Counted from the first letter of the stretch, positions 10,141 through 20,529 are shown. The stretch is 64,000 bases of DNA from Burkholderiales bacterium 39-55-53 (GCA_002282445.1 NCJK01000008.1:37817-101816); one strand, 5' to 3'. Made by a program: numbers and translations. The notes: generated from the sequence alone by a model not told the origin.

Positions 10141-10150
10141 CTGCAAGGCG

Positions 10151-11245
10151 CTAGTATTGCGTGAACCCCACGCGGCTAGAAACAGCGCACATCAGCTCGT
10201 AGCCCACGGTCCCCGCAGCTTGCGCCACCTCGTCAATCGGCAACACCGCGCCATTGCTGGACTTACCCCACAGCGTGACTTCGTTGCCAAAGCCTGCATC
10301 TGCACAAGGCGTCAAGTCCACCGCAATCATGTCCATGCTCACGCGGCCTAGGGTTCGGGTGCGCACACCGCTCACCAGCACAGGCGTGCCCGTGGGGCAA
10401 TGACGCGGATAGCCGTCTGCATAACCACAGGCCACGACGCCGATGCGCATCGGAGCTTCTGCTGTGAACGACGAGCCGTAGCCCACAGTGTCACCCACTT
10501 GCAGGTCTTGTGTCGCGATGATGCGGCTGCGCAAACTCATGGTGGGTTGCAAATCCCACGCGGCAATATCGCGTTCTGGGTAATCGGGGGCGCTGCCGTA
10601 CAGCGCAATGCCAGGTCGCACCCAATCGGCGGCCACCGCCACATCGTTGGCATGGCGCAACAAACCAGCACTGTTGCAAGTGGTGCGCTCGCCTGGCAAA
10701 TCTTCGGTGGTTTTGGCAAAGGTCGCCATTTGCTGGGTGATGCCTTTGGGGCCGTCGGCATCACTGAAGTGAGTGACCAATGAAATTTCGTCCACTTGCG
10801 GCAACTGGTTCAAGCGCGTCCAAGCCGAACGAAAGCGCGTGGGCGTGAAACCCAAGCGGTTCATTCCACTGTTCATTTTGAGGAATATTCGATGCGGCAC
10901 TTGTGTCTTGTGGGCACTCAGCATGTCCACTTGCTCATCGCAATGCACGGTGTGCCATAGGTCTAAGCGCGAGCACAGCTCAAGGTCACGCATTTCAAAC
11001 ACACCTTCTAGCAACAGCACAGGGCCGCGCCAGCCTAGGCCGCGTATGCGTTGGGCTTCGTCTAAGTCGAGCAATGCAAACCCATCTGCGCCACGCAAGC
11101 CTTCAAACACGCGCTCAATGCCGTGGCCATACGCGTTGGCTTTGACCACCGCCCAGACACGGGCATCGGGTGCAGCGGCGCGCATGCGGGCTAAGTTGTG
11201 ACGCAAAGCGTCGGTGTGAACAAAGGCTTGTATGGGACGGGGCAT
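10151..11245 (-). CDS. alr: alanine racemase
   Basis: [14 protein letters not shown]-lysine motif. The internal ATG at 11245 (MPRPIQA...) is preferred, because the ORF-track extension overlaps lplT. Confidence 0.9.
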   Translation of the reverse strand: MPRPIQAFVHTDALRHNLARMRAAAPDARVWAVVKANAYGHGIERVFEGLRGADGFALLDLDEAQRIRGLGWRGPVLLLEGVFEMRDLELCSRLDLWHTVHCDEQVDMLSAHKTQVPHRIFLKMNSGMNRLGFTPTRFRSAWTRLNQLPQVDEISLVTHFSDADGPKGITQQMATFAKTTEDLPGERTTCNSAGLLRHANDVAVAADWVRPGIALYGSAPDYPERDIAAWDLQPTMSLRSRIIATQDLQVGDTVGYGSSFTAEAPMRIGVVACGYADGYPRHCPTGTPVLVSGVRTRTLGRVSMDMIAVDLTPCADAGFGNEVTLWGKSSNGAVLPIDEVAQAAGTVGYELMCAVSSRVGFTQY

Positions 11246-11345
11246 GGTCAATATTGTGGCACCCGCGTGATATAACCTCGGGTAGTTAAAAAAGAAAGAA
11301 GAATCAACAGGCCTGCAGACTTCTGCACGCCTGCCAGACCTACCC

Positions 11346-12653
11346 ATGAAGCGCGGTTTTTACACCATCATGTCGGCGCAGTTTTTCAGCTCGCTGGCCG
11401 ACAACGCACTGTTTGTGACAGCCGTAGAACTCCTCCGATCAGATGGGGCTCCCGAGTGGCAGCGTGCTGCTTTGGTGCCCATGTTTGCTCTCTTCTATGT
11501 GGTGCTCGCGCCATTTGTCGGAGCTTTTGCTGATTCGCGACCCAAGGGTGAGGTGATGCTGATGAGCAACACCATCAAGGTGGTGGGTTGCTTGATGATG
11601 TTGTTTGGTGTTCACCCCTTGCTGGCTTATGCAGTGGTGGGTTTGGGCGCGGCGGCTTATTCGCCCGCCAAGTACGGCATCTTGACCGAGCTGTTGCCAG
11701 CATCGCAGTTGGTCAAAGCCAACGGTTGGATTGAAGGCTTGACGATTGCATCCATCATCTTGGGCGTGTTGTTGGGCGGTCAATTGGTCGGCCCTCATTT
11801 GTCGGCTTGGTTGTTGTCATTTGATTTGCCATTCATCACCACGGGCATCGACTCTTCTGCCGAAGCCGCCATTTGTTTGTTGATTCCCTTGTACGCCTTG
11901 GCTGCTTGGTTCAACAAGCGCATTCCGCTCACAGGCGCGGCCTACATTCCCATGCGCTTGGATCCAGAGAAAAGCATGACGCGCAATTTGATGGCTTTGG
12001 TGCCGGATTTCTGGGATTGCAACAAGCGTCTGTGGCAAGACAAATTAGGTCAGATCTCCTTGGCCACCACCACCTTGTTCTGGGGCGTGAGTGGCAACCT
12101 GCGCTATATCGTGCTGGCTTGGAGTGCCGCCGCTTTGGGCTACACCACCACACAAGCTTCTAGCTTGGTCGGGGTGGTCGCCATTGGCACGGCGGTAGGT
12201 GCAGTCGTCGCCTCGATGAAGATGAAGCTTGACCACGCACCACGCTTGATGCCTTTGGGCATCGCCATGGGTGTGTTTGTGGTGGCGATGAACTTCATTG
12301 ACAACCTTTGGTTGGCTGTGCCTTTCCTGATCATCTTGGGTGGCTTGGGCGGCTTCTTGGTTGTGCCCATGAATGCGCTGTTGCAGCACCGTGGTCATAA
12401 CCTCATGGGTGCAGGCCGCTCCATCGCCGTACAAAACCTAAACGAGCAACTGTGCATTTTGGGTCTGGGCTTTTTGTACACCTTCAGCACGGGCATGGGC
12501 CTGAATGCATTTGGTGCGATCACCGCCTTTGGTCTACTCGTCGGTTTTGTGATGTGGCTCATCAAACTCTGGCACGAGTACAACCATGCCCACCACCGTG
12601 AAGAGCTAGCCCGTTTGTTGCATATCGCTCGCAATGACGATTTGCACGGTTAA
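11346..12653 (+). CDS. lplT: lysophospholipid transporter LplT (MFS)
   Basis: N-terminus [19 protein letters not shown] and a 12-TM MFS layout typical of LplT. Confidence 0.8.
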   Translation: MKRGFYTIMSAQFFSSLADNALFVTAVELLRSDGAPEWQRAALVPMFALFYVVLAPFVGAFADSRPKGEVMLMSNTIKVVGCLMMLFGVHPLLAYAVVGLGAAAYSPAKYGILTELLPASQLVKANGWIEGLTIASIILGVLLGGQLVGPHLSAWLLSFDLPFITTGIDSSAEAAICLLIPLYALAAWFNKRIPLTGAAYIPMRLDPEKSMTRNLMALVPDFWDCNKRLWQDKLGQISLATTTLFWGVSGNLRYIVLAWSAAALGYTTTQASSLVGVVAIGTAVGAVVASMKMKLDHAPRLMPLGIAMGVFVVAMNFIDNLWLAVPFLIILGGLGGFLVVPMNALLQHRGHNLMGAGRSIAVQNLNEQLCILGLGFLYTFSTGMGLNAFGAITAFGLLVGFVMWLIKLWHEYNHAHHREELARLLHIARNDDLHG

Positions 12654-12671
12654 TCCGTGCACGCCTGTGCC

Positions 12672-13595
12672 ATGACCGCGCGCCCCATTCTGGCCGTGTT
12701 GGCCTTGGCCCTGAATGCTTTGGTGTGGGGTCTGTCTTGGTGGCCACTTCACCAACTTCATGCCCATGGCTTGCATCCCTTGTGGGCTACTGCTGCCGTA
12801 TTCACGCTGGCCACCCTTGTGCTGAGCTTCATCAGCCCACAAGGTTGGCGTCACTTCAAACAACACCCTCAGCTCTGGTGGCTCATGGCCGCTTCGGGCC
12901 TGACCAACATTGGTTTTAACTGGGCCGTCACCACGGGCGATGTGGTGCGCGTGGTGTTGCTGTTTTATCTCATGCCCACTTGGGCGTTGTTGCTGGCTTG
13001 GTGGATGCTGGGCGAACGCCCCACGCGCGGTGCGTTGATGCGCTTGAGCCTAGCGCTGTTGGGTGTGGTGCTGGTCCTAAAAACACCTGAATCTCCTTGG
13101 CCACTGCCGCAAGATTTGCCAGATGTGTTGGCTTTGCTTGCGGGTTTTACTTTTGCGCTCACCAACATTTGGCTGCTGCGTTTGCAGCACACACCCGAGT
13201 CATCACGCATGGTGGCCATGTTTGGCGGTGGTGCTTTGATGGCCACGGTGTGCGCAGCACTTGCCACGTTCGCCGGTGTGATCCCTGCGGTGGAAGTGGT
13301 GTCATTGAATGGCTTTGACGAGTCGACGCTGCAAGCAATTTCCACCTGGGCGCCTTATGTGGTGGGCCTGAGCTTTGCCTTTTTAATTTCCAACTTCACA
13401 CTGCAATACGGCGCAGCCCGTTTGAGCGCGCACACCACTGCGATGGTGATGATGTCGGAAGTGGTGTTTGCCAGTGTGTCCTCAGTGGCGCTAGGGGCAT
13501 CCACGCTTTCATGGCGCATTGGATTGGGCGGGGGCATGATTGTGTTGGCAGCATTGCTGGCCTCGCAAGCGCACACAGACAATCCTCAGGCTTGA
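12672..13595 (+). CDS. DMT (EamA-like) family transporter
   Basis: About 10 TM segments with a duplicated EamA-like architecture. ATG at 12672; the ORF-track GTG is at 12657. Confidence 0.75.
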   Translation: MTARPILAVLALALNALVWGLSWWPLHQLHAHGLHPLWATAAVFTLATLVLSFISPQGWRHFKQHPQLWWLMAASGLTNIGFNWAVTTGDVVRVVLLFYLMPTWALLLAWWMLGERPTRGALMRLSLALLGVVLVLKTPESPWPLPQDLPDVLALLAGFTFALTNIWLLRLQHTPESSRMVAMFGGGALMATVCAALATFAGVIPAVEVVSLNGFDESTLQAISTWAPYVVGLSFAFLISNFTLQYGAARLSAHTTAMVMMSEVVFASVSSVALGASTLSWRIGLGGGMIVLAALLASQAHTDNPQA

Positions 13596-13658
13596 TTTTT
13601 CCGACGTTGTGCCTTTGCGCACGCATAGCCCATCCTCTATTTTTTCGAAGGTTCGCAC

Positions 13659-14144
13659 ATGACTGACTTGACCGACTTCACCGCCAACCGCATTGACGGC
13701 ACACCCTTGTCACTCGCCGAACTGCAAGGCAAAGTGCTGCTGGTCGTCAACACCGCCAGCGCGTGTGGCTTCACACCGCAATTTGAAGGCTTAGAGGCGC
13801 TGCACAAAACCTACGGGGCGCAAGGCCTGGCCGTCATCGGTTTTCCGTGCAACCAGTTTGGCGCGCAAGACTCAGGAACCAACGAAGAGATTGGCGCGTT
13901 TTGCCAACGCAACTACGGCGTGAGCTTTGCGATGATGGAAAAAGTAGATGTGAACGGCGACGCTGCACACCCATTGTTCAAGTGGCTCAAGGCAGAAGCG
14001 CCAGGCCTGTTAGGCAGCGAAGCCATCAAATGGAACTTCACGAAGTTCTTAGTGGGCAAAGACGGGCGCGTCATCAAGCGCTATGCGTCGATGGATGCGC
14101 CTGCGAAGTTATCGAAGGACATCGAGACGGCTTTAGTTGCGTAA
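13659..14144 (+). CDS. glutathione peroxidase (Cys type)
   Basis: NTASACGFTPQ active-site motif, plus FPCNQFG and WNFTKFLV. Confidence 0.9.
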   Translation: MTDLTDFTANRIDGTPLSLAELQGKVLLVVNTASACGFTPQFEGLEALHKTYGAQGLAVIGFPCNQFGAQDSGTNEEIGAFCQRNYGVSFAMMEKVDVNGDAAHPLFKWLKAEAPGLLGSEAIKWNFTKFLVGKDGRVIKRYASMDAPAKLSKDIETALVA

Positions 14145-14243
14145 TTACAAAATGACCATCATTTGATCAGTTTCAATAATGAAAATAGAGTTATATTAAT
14201 GCTGAGTCTGAAAGCTGGCCCGTCTGGGGAGTAGGTCTCACCC

Positions 14244-14265
14244 GGGCCCTTAGGGGCCCTTTTTT
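14244..14265 (+). terminator. rho-independent terminator after gpx
   Basis: GGGCCC-ttag-GGGCCC stem-loop followed by a T6 run. The T-run overlaps the stop codon of the convergent DUF3800 gene. Confidence 0.6.
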
Positions 14266-15025
14266 ATAGTCTTACGATTCCCTGCGCATCTCTCGGTGTT
14301 GCTGCTTTACACAATATCGAGGCCATTCGCCCGAAATAGTTTTGCCCTGACTTTTTCTTCATATATGCAGAGGGTGAAAGTTGTTGATACAACAAATAAG
14401 CTGCAACATCGACTGACTGTATGAAATACGAATGCGCAGAATCTCTGAAGTTAGCGTCTTCTATCACGTGTCGCACCAACAAGTTTCTATACCCATTCGT
14501 CATGGCATTCGGAACTGGGTTATGAGCTCTCATCTTTCTTAACAACCCGTTTAATTTCTTTGCATCTGACATGTCTGGAAATAAAAGCCCCATGTCGTCT
14601 GAATTTTTCGGGCCAGGGAAGTTCTGATGAGCAATCGTATTTTCAAAGCGTTGGATCAATGCTTTCCATGCCAGTTCAAAAACATCTGTATCTAGGGCCT
14701 TCGTTTCCTTATCAACAACGACATTAATCAAACTCACATGCGGCATGGAGGCTAGTTTGTCTGCATAACGCCTCAAGATTTCTAACCTATGTTGTTTAGG
14801 GATTCGAGCCAAATCTCCTGGCCTTGAGATTAATGGACTTGCGTGAATTTCATCTCTCAGCCGCAATCCAAATTTGAGCTTTAGATCTCTACGAAATTGC
14901 AGTAATTCTTCCTGTGTCTGCTTCCAACGTAACTCGTGAATGACTAAGCCCGTCAATACAAAGTAACGCGTCGGGGATCCATTCAATCCAACATCGCCAC
15001 TCTCATCCACATACATCATGTACAT
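14264..15025 (-). CDS. DUF3800 domain protein (unknown function)
   Basis: N-terminal YVDESGD motif and C-terminal FIQSVDVAAYLL motif are typical of DUF3800. Hand-counted 100-nt samples are 41-44% GC. Confidence 0.7.
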   Translation of the reverse strand: MYMMYVDESGDVGLNGSPTRYFVLTGLVIHELRWKQTQEELLQFRRDLKLKFGLRLRDEIHASPLISRPGDLARIPKQHRLEILRRYADKLASMPHVSLINVVVDKETKALDTDVFELAWKALIQRFENTIAHQNFPGPKNSDDMGLLFPDMSDAKKLNGLLRKMRAHNPVPNAMTNGYRNLLVRHVIEDANFRDSAHSYFIQSVDVAAYLLYQQLSPSAYMKKKSGQNYFGRMASILCKAATPRDAQGIVRL

Positions 15026-15106
15026 CTATTGATATCTCCTCAAATGGGAAATTACCAATTAAATAGTACAAATTATTTCTTTTTGGCTTTCGGGAGCTTG
15101 GGGTTT

Positions 15107-16360
15107 TTAATACGCATCTCCTAATGCCTCATCCAACACTTCCACCCAATGCTTCACGGGCACATCCGTGCCGCTTTGCAAGTGGGTGATGCAGCCCACG
15201 TTGGCGCTCAGGATGGCTTTGGGCTTGAGCGCATCCAAGTTGACCAGCTTGCGGTCACGCAGGGTGTAGCTGATGTCTGGGTTAAGCACGCTGTATGTGC
15301 CCGCAGATCCGCAGCACAGATGTGATTCGTTGTTGGCCACTTGAATCGAAAAGCCCAAAGCGGCCATGTGTTGCTCGACGCCGCCTTTGAGCTTTTGGCC
15401 GTGTTGCAAGGTGCAAGGTGGGTGATACGCCTGAGTACCTGCAGCAGCAACCGCCGCTGCATTGAGTTTGGGTTTGAGCACCGGCACTAAGTCTGGCAGC
15501 AACTCGCTCAAGTCTTGCGTGAGGTCGCTGATGCGTTTGGCTTTTTTGGCGTAAGCGGCATCATCCTTCAGTACATGGCCATAGTCCTTCACCATCACGC
15601 CACAGCCTGAAGCGTTCATCACAATCGCTTCCACACCTTGCTCGACAAACGGCCACCAGGCGTCGATGTTGGCGCGAATTTGCACCATGCTGCCGTCTTG
15701 GTCGTTCAAGTGAAATTTCACCGCGCCACAGCAGCCAGCCTTTGGTGCGACGATGGTTTGAATACCGGCCGCATCCAACACACGCGCAGTGGCGGTGTTG
15801 ATGTTGGGCAGCATCGCGGGTTGCACACAGCCAGCGAGCATGAGCACTTTGCGAGCGTGTTGCGCCTTGGGCCACACCACGCCGTTGCGCTCTGCCGTTT
15901 GCGGGGCTGGCACTTTGGCTTTGAGTGCGGCAGGCAACACACCGCGCACGGCTTGGCCCAACTTCATGGCGGGCGCAAACAGAGGCGAAGTCAATCCTTC
16001 TTTCAAAGCCCAACGCATGATGCGCTCGCCCATGGGGCGCTGAACTTGCGCGTCCACCACTTTGCGGCCCACGTCCACCAAGTGGCCGTATTGCACACCA
16101 CTGGGGCAAGTGCTTTCGCAGTTGCGGCAAGTCAGGCAGCGGTCCAAGTGCTGTTGTGTGGCGCGCGTGGGCGTGGCACCTTCAAACACTTGCTTCATCA
16201 AATAGATGCGGCCGCGTGGGCCGTCCAGTTCGTCGCCCAGCAGTTGATAGGTGGGGCACGTTGCTGTACAAAAACCGCAGTGCACGCACTTGCGCAAAAT
16301 GGCTTCGGCTGCTTCGCCTTCGGGCGTGCCGACGTATTGGGGGGCCAGGTTGGTTTGCAT
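15107..16360 (-). CDS. glcF: glycolate oxidase iron-sulfur subunit
   Basis: Two 4Fe-4S motifs (CVHCGFCTATCP, CLTCRNCESTCP) and CCG domains. Confidence 0.9.
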   Translation of the reverse strand: MQTNLAPQYVGTPEGEAAEAILRKCVHCGFCTATCPTYQLLGDELDGPRGRIYLMKQVFEGATPTRATQQHLDRCLTCRNCESTCPSGVQYGHLVDVGRKVVDAQVQRPMGERIMRWALKEGLTSPLFAPAMKLGQAVRGVLPAALKAKVPAPQTAERNGVVWPKAQHARKVLMLAGCVQPAMLPNINTATARVLDAAGIQTIVAPKAGCCGAVKFHLNDQDGSMVQIRANIDAWWPFVEQGVEAIVMNASGCGVMVKDYGHVLKDDAAYAKKAKRISDLTQDLSELLPDLVPVLKPKLNAAAVAAAGTQAYHPPCTLQHGQKLKGGVEQHMAALGFSIQVANNESHLCCGSAGTYSVLNPDISYTLRDRKLVNLDALKPKAILSANVGCITHLQSGTDVPVKHWVEVLDEALGDAY

Positions 16361-16375
16361 GTGAGGCTCTGTGTA

Positions 16376-17560
16376 TTAGGCGCGACCGGGGTTAAAGACA
16401 CCCGCTGGGTCAAACTGTTTTTTGAGTTCGTTTTGAATGCGTTGTTGCACAGCGTTGAGCGGTGTGTACACGCCCGCTTGCTTGTCCACATCGCCCAAAG
16501 TTTGTTGGCTGGCATCGCTGGTGCGGAACAAGGTGGCGTGGCCACCCGCTTTCACCGCGGCTTCGCGCACTTGGGTCGCAGCCGAGGCTGGGGCCCACAG
16601 CCAGCGCTGTGCGCCATGCCATTCAACGTATTGCGCGCACGCAGCGCCGTTCACAAGCACATCCAACACAGGCGCAGTTTGCGGCACGCTCAAACGCCAC
16701 AAGCAGTCTTGCTCGGTGGGCGCTTTGAAGAAATCTAAGGTTTGCTCGCCGCTGGCTTGCCAGTCGGCCGAGGCTTGCGCTTGGTCCAAGATGCTCACGT
16801 GTGCACCGAGGGCTTTCACCTCGGCGCTCATTTTCACGATGGCCGCGTCTACTGCGGCCACTGCGCCGCGCAAGCGGACAAAGAAAAAGTCTTGCGCAGG
16901 AGAAGCTGTGGTGTCGTGCACCCATGCGCTGGCGTTCAATGGCAGCGGCTGACCGCCCCATTGGTTGATGAGTTTCAGCGCTTGCGCTTGTGTCACACCC
17001 GCGCAGACCAAGGTGGCTTCGCCTGGGTAGACGGGCAACACTTTCAAAGACACTTCGGTGATCAGGCCTAGCTGACCCCAACTACCGGCCAACAAACGCG
17101 ACACGTCGTAGCCCGCCACGTTCTTCATCACTTGACCGCCAAAGGTGAGGTGTTCGCCTTTGCCGTTGATCACGCGAGCGCCCAACACAAAGTCACGCAC
17201 TGTGCCCACACTGGCGCGGGCTGGGCCGCTCAGGCCTGCGGCCACCATACCACCAATCGTCGCGCCCTTACCAAAGTGCGGTGGCTCGAATGCAAAGCTT
17301 TGGCCTTTTTGCGCCAAGGCGGCTTCAACCTCTGCCAAGGGTGTGCCGCAGCGCACGGTAATGACCAACTCGCTTGGCTCGTAGCTCAAGATGCCGCTGT
17401 AGGCAGTGGTGTCCAGCACCTCGCCCTGCAGGGATTGGCCTAAAAAGTCTTTCGTTCCACCACCGCGTAGGCGCAAAGCTTGGCCAGATTGGGAGGCTTG
17501 CAGAATGCGATCGGTGAAATCTTGAAGGGTGTGTTGCGCGGTGTCTTGCATGGCCATCAT
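16376..17560 (-). CDS. glcE: glycolate oxidase FAD-binding subunit
   Basis: FAD-binding PCMH-type domain immediately upstream of glcF. Confidence 0.85.
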   Translation of the reverse strand: MMAMQDTAQHTLQDFTDRILQASQSGQALRLRGGGTKDFLGQSLQGEVLDTTAYSGILSYEPSELVITVRCGTPLAEVEAALAQKGQSFAFEPPHFGKGATIGGMVAAGLSGPARASVGTVRDFVLGARVINGKGEHLTFGGQVMKNVAGYDVSRLLAGSWGQLGLITEVSLKVLPVYPGEATLVCAGVTQAQALKLINQWGGQPLPLNASAWVHDTTASPAQDFFFVRLRGAVAAVDAAIVKMSAEVKALGAHVSILDQAQASADWQASGEQTLDFFKAPTEQDCLWRLSVPQTAPVLDVLVNGAACAQYVEWHGAQRWLWAPASAATQVREAAVKAGGHATLFRTSDASQQTLGDVDKQAGVYTPLNAVQQRIQNELKKQFDPAGVFNPGRA

Positions 17561-17610
17561 GGTAGCCGCTGGGCCTGACAGGGGTTTTGAATTTTTTGCA
17601 CAGCCCTGTT

Positions 17611-17650
17611 AAAAATAAAAAAGCCCGCCCTGATTTCTCAGGTGCGGGCT
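17611..17650 (-). terminator. rho-independent terminator after amtB
   Basis: On the minus strand: AGCCCGC-loop-GCGGGCT followed by TTTTTTATTTTT. Confidence 0.75.
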
Positions 17651-17682
17651 GTGAAGTCCAAGAAAACTTGAAGTCTTGAAAA

Positions 17683-19152
17683 TTAACGGTGGTAAGCCGT
17701 TTCGCCGTGTGAGCTGATGTCGAGGCCTTCGCGCTCTTCTTCTTCCGTCACACGCAAACCAACCACCAAGTCGACCAGTTTGAAGGCAATGAAAGAGACC
17801 ACTGCTGACCAGATGATGGTGGTCACCACAGCCTCGAGCTGGATCAACACTTGTCCACCGATTGAGTAGTCAGCGCTGGCAGCGTTGGCCACGTAATCAA
17901 ACACACCTGTACCGCCCAGTGATGGGGCTGCAAACACGCCGGTCAACAAAGCGCCCACGATACCGCAGACACCGTGCACGCCGAACACGTCGAGTGAGTC
18001 GTCAGCGCCCAAGAGGCGTTTCAAACCATTCACACCCCACAGGCCAAACAAACCGCCAGCAGCACCGATCACGATAGCACCCATGGGGCCCACGAAACCG
18101 CACGCTGGGGTGATCGCCACCAAACCAGCCACTGCACCAGAGGCAGCACCCAACATAGAAGCTTTACCTTTGGCCAATGCTTCACCAGCAATCCAAGCCA
18201 GAGTCGCAGCAGCAGTCGCCACCAAAGTGTTCACGAAAGCGAGGGCAGCAACACCGTTGGCTTCGAGGTTAGAGCCGGCGTTGAAACCGAACCAACCCAC
18301 CCACAACAGAGATGCACCGACCATGGTCAATGTCAAGCTGTGAGGCGCCATGGATTCTTTGCCATAACCGACGCGCTTGCCGATCACATAAGCACCGACC
18401 AAGCCAGCCACCGCAGCGTTGATGTGCACCACAGTACCGCCAGCGAAGTCCAGAGCACCCTTGGCCCACAACCAGCCAGCAGCGGCAGTCACAGTTTCCA
18501 GAGAAGCAGCGTCAGTAATGGCGTCAGGGCCGTCCCAGTACCAAACCATGTGAGCCACTGGCAAGTAGCTGAACGTGAACCAAATGGCGCAGAACAACAA
18601 CACCGCAGAGAAACGCACACGCTCAGCAAATGCACCCACGATCAAAGCGCAAGTGATGGCAGCGAAGGTGGCTTGGAATGCAGCGAATGTGAACTCAGGA
18701 ATCACAACGCCCTTGCTGAAGGTCGCGCCCACAGAGTCAGGTGTGATGCCTTGGAAAAACAATTTATCAAAGCCACCAAAGAATGGAGAGCCGCCTGTGA
18801 ATGCCACTGAGTAACCGTAGATGACCCACAACACATAAATGAGTGAGCTGACCACGAAGACTTGCATCAACACAGACAACATGTTTTTGCTACGAACCAA
18901 ACCGCCGTAGAACAAAGCCAAACCGGGGATGGTCATCAAGATCACCAACACAGTGGCAATCGTCATAAAGGCGGTATCGCCTTTGTTAGGCACTGGCGCT
19001 GGAGCGGCAGCTTCTGCGGCAGGCGCAGCAGCGGGTGCAGCGGCAGGGGCTGTGACTTTGACATCAGCAGCTGGGGCTGTTTGTGCCATGGCGGCAGTGC
19101 CGCCTAGCAGCAGGCCAAAACCAATGGCCAATGAGGCTAAGAATTTTTTCAT
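17683..19152 (-). CDS. amtB: ammonium transporter
   Basis: Amt family signature blocks (DFAGGTVVHINAAVAGL, VHGVCGIVGAL). Signal peptide followed by an Ala/Pro-rich linker. Confidence 0.95.
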   Translation of the reverse strand: MKKFLASLAIGFGLLLGGTAAMAQTAPAADVKVTAPAAAPAAAPAAEAAAPAPVPNKGDTAFMTIATVLVILMTIPGLALFYGGLVRSKNMLSVLMQVFVVSSLIYVLWVIYGYSVAFTGGSPFFGGFDKLFFQGITPDSVGATFSKGVVIPEFTFAAFQATFAAITCALIVGAFAERVRFSAVLLFCAIWFTFSYLPVAHMVWYWDGPDAITDAASLETVTAAAGWLWAKGALDFAGGTVVHINAAVAGLVGAYVIGKRVGYGKESMAPHSLTLTMVGASLLWVGWFGFNAGSNLEANGVAALAFVNTLVATAAATLAWIAGEALAKGKASMLGAASGAVAGLVAITPACGFVGPMGAIVIGAAGGLFGLWGVNGLKRLLGADDSLDVFGVHGVCGIVGALLTGVFAAPSLGGTGVFDYVANAASADYSIGGQVLIQLEAVVTTIIWSAVVSFIAFKLVDLVVGLRVTEEEEREGLDISSHGETAYHR

Positions 19153-19166
19153 GATGGTCTTCTTTC

Positions 19167-19526
<360 letters not shown>

Positions 19527-19536
19527 TTAGCTTGGT

Positions 19537-20319
19537 TTAGAAGCTGTACTTGACGCCGACGACCATTGCGTTTTTGCCAGCGTAGTAGCTCGTTGAAGAC
19601 AAGCCTCGTGACAGCGTTTCATCTGCTGTAGTTTTGATTGCTGCAACAGAAGCAGACAAGCCATCGCCCAAGTCTTTGTTCAAAGTCAAAGCGAAATCGC
19701 TGTAACCGTAGATTTGGTTTGCGTTTTTGATGCTCTGACGACCAGCGTGAGGCACGAAGCTGTAACCATTGCCCAAATCAAATGTGGCGCTCAGATCCCA
19801 ATAGGTGCTGCCCTTGCTGTCAGAGTAACCAAAAAGATTTGAAGTAGCCTGCGAATACTTCAAAGTTGCTGGGCCGTATGTAGCTGCGCCATAGACTTCG
19901 TCAGTGTTGGCGTTCACGTTCACACCAGGTGCGGCATCTTTGTATGTGTTGCCCACGTACTGGTAGCGCAAGTAACCGACGTCATATGCAACGCCAGCTG
20001 CTTCAAACTTGTAACCACCGTAAATATCGAGTTCAACAGCGCCTTTAGCTGAGGATGAACCTGACGCAGGCAAAGCATCTTTGATCCACTTGATAGTCGA
20101 ACCCCAAGCACCCAAGTAGAAACCATTTGCGTTTGCGTAATCCACACCGCCTTGCAAAGCAGCATCGCCCTTAGTTTGAGCAAGACCGCGGTAACGGTAT
20201 TGGCTGACCACGCCCACGTTGTAGGTCACTTCAGGCGCAGCAGCAGCTGGTGCTGTTTGTGCAAAAGCTGCTGAAGATGTGGCCAAGAGGGCCAGTACGA
20301 GTTTGGACTTGAGGTTCAT
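19537..20319 (-). CDS. TorF-family putative outer-membrane porin
   Basis: Signal peptide, SQYRYRGL motif, beta-barrel-like alternation and a C-terminal YSF. Typical partner of glnK-amtB. Confidence 0.7.
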   Translation of the reverse strand: MNLKSKLVLALLATSSAAFAQTAPAAAAPEVTYNVGVVSQYRYRGLAQTKGDAALQGGVDYANANGFYLGAWGSTIKWIKDALPASGSSSAKGAVELDIYGGYKFEAAGVAYDVGYLRYQYVGNTYKDAAPGVNVNANTDEVYGAATYGPATLKYSQATSNLFGYSDSKGSTYWDLSATFDLGNGYSFVPHAGRQSIKNANQIYGYSDFALTLNKDLGDGLSASVAAIKTTADETLSRGLSSTSYYAGKNAMVVGVKYSF

Positions 20320-20360
20320 AGTTTTCTCCGTTGAAAAATAAAAGAGGGATACATCTACTT

Positions 20361-20376
20361 AGCAGGGTCCGTGCCA
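20361..20376 (-). promoter_or_regulatory. sigma-54 (-24/-12) promoter of the porin-glnK-amtB operon
   Basis: The minus strand reads TGGCACggaccCTGCT. The GG and GC elements have exact consensus spacing, about 40 nt upstream of the porin ATG. Confidence 0.65.
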
Positions 20377-20458
20377 GCGCGATTGTTCACAAAAGTGTTC
20401 TCTCTACGTGACCCACGACCCAAAGTGATGCAGTAGTCTGACTACCCCACCATTTTGA

Positions 20459-20475
20459 TGCACTTCTTTGGTGCA
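20459..20475. promoter_or_regulatory. NtrC-type enhancer site
   Basis: TGCACTtcttTGGTGCA compares to the consensus TGCACC-N4-TGGTGCA. It lies about 90 bp upstream of the sigma-54 promoter, and a weaker overlapping half-match sits just 5' of it. Confidence 0.6.
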
Positions 20476-20529
20476 CTACTTCGTACTAATCGCCCCGCAA
20501 TGGGGATAACCCTTGGAAATGGAAGTTGT

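Noticed and set aside
15638-16738. Long ORFs antisense to well-supported genes. Examples: 15638..16738 opposite glcF/glcE, 29963..31192 opposite metH, 33686..34435 opposite recQ, 35945..37006 opposite pckG, 37948..38847 opposite the binding-protein gene, and 39233..39922 opposite the permease.
   Set aside because: They are fully embedded opposite genes with clear family motifs. Their translations are Arg/Ala/His/Gly-rich with no recognisable domains, which is typical of stop-poor antisense frames in GC-rich DNA.
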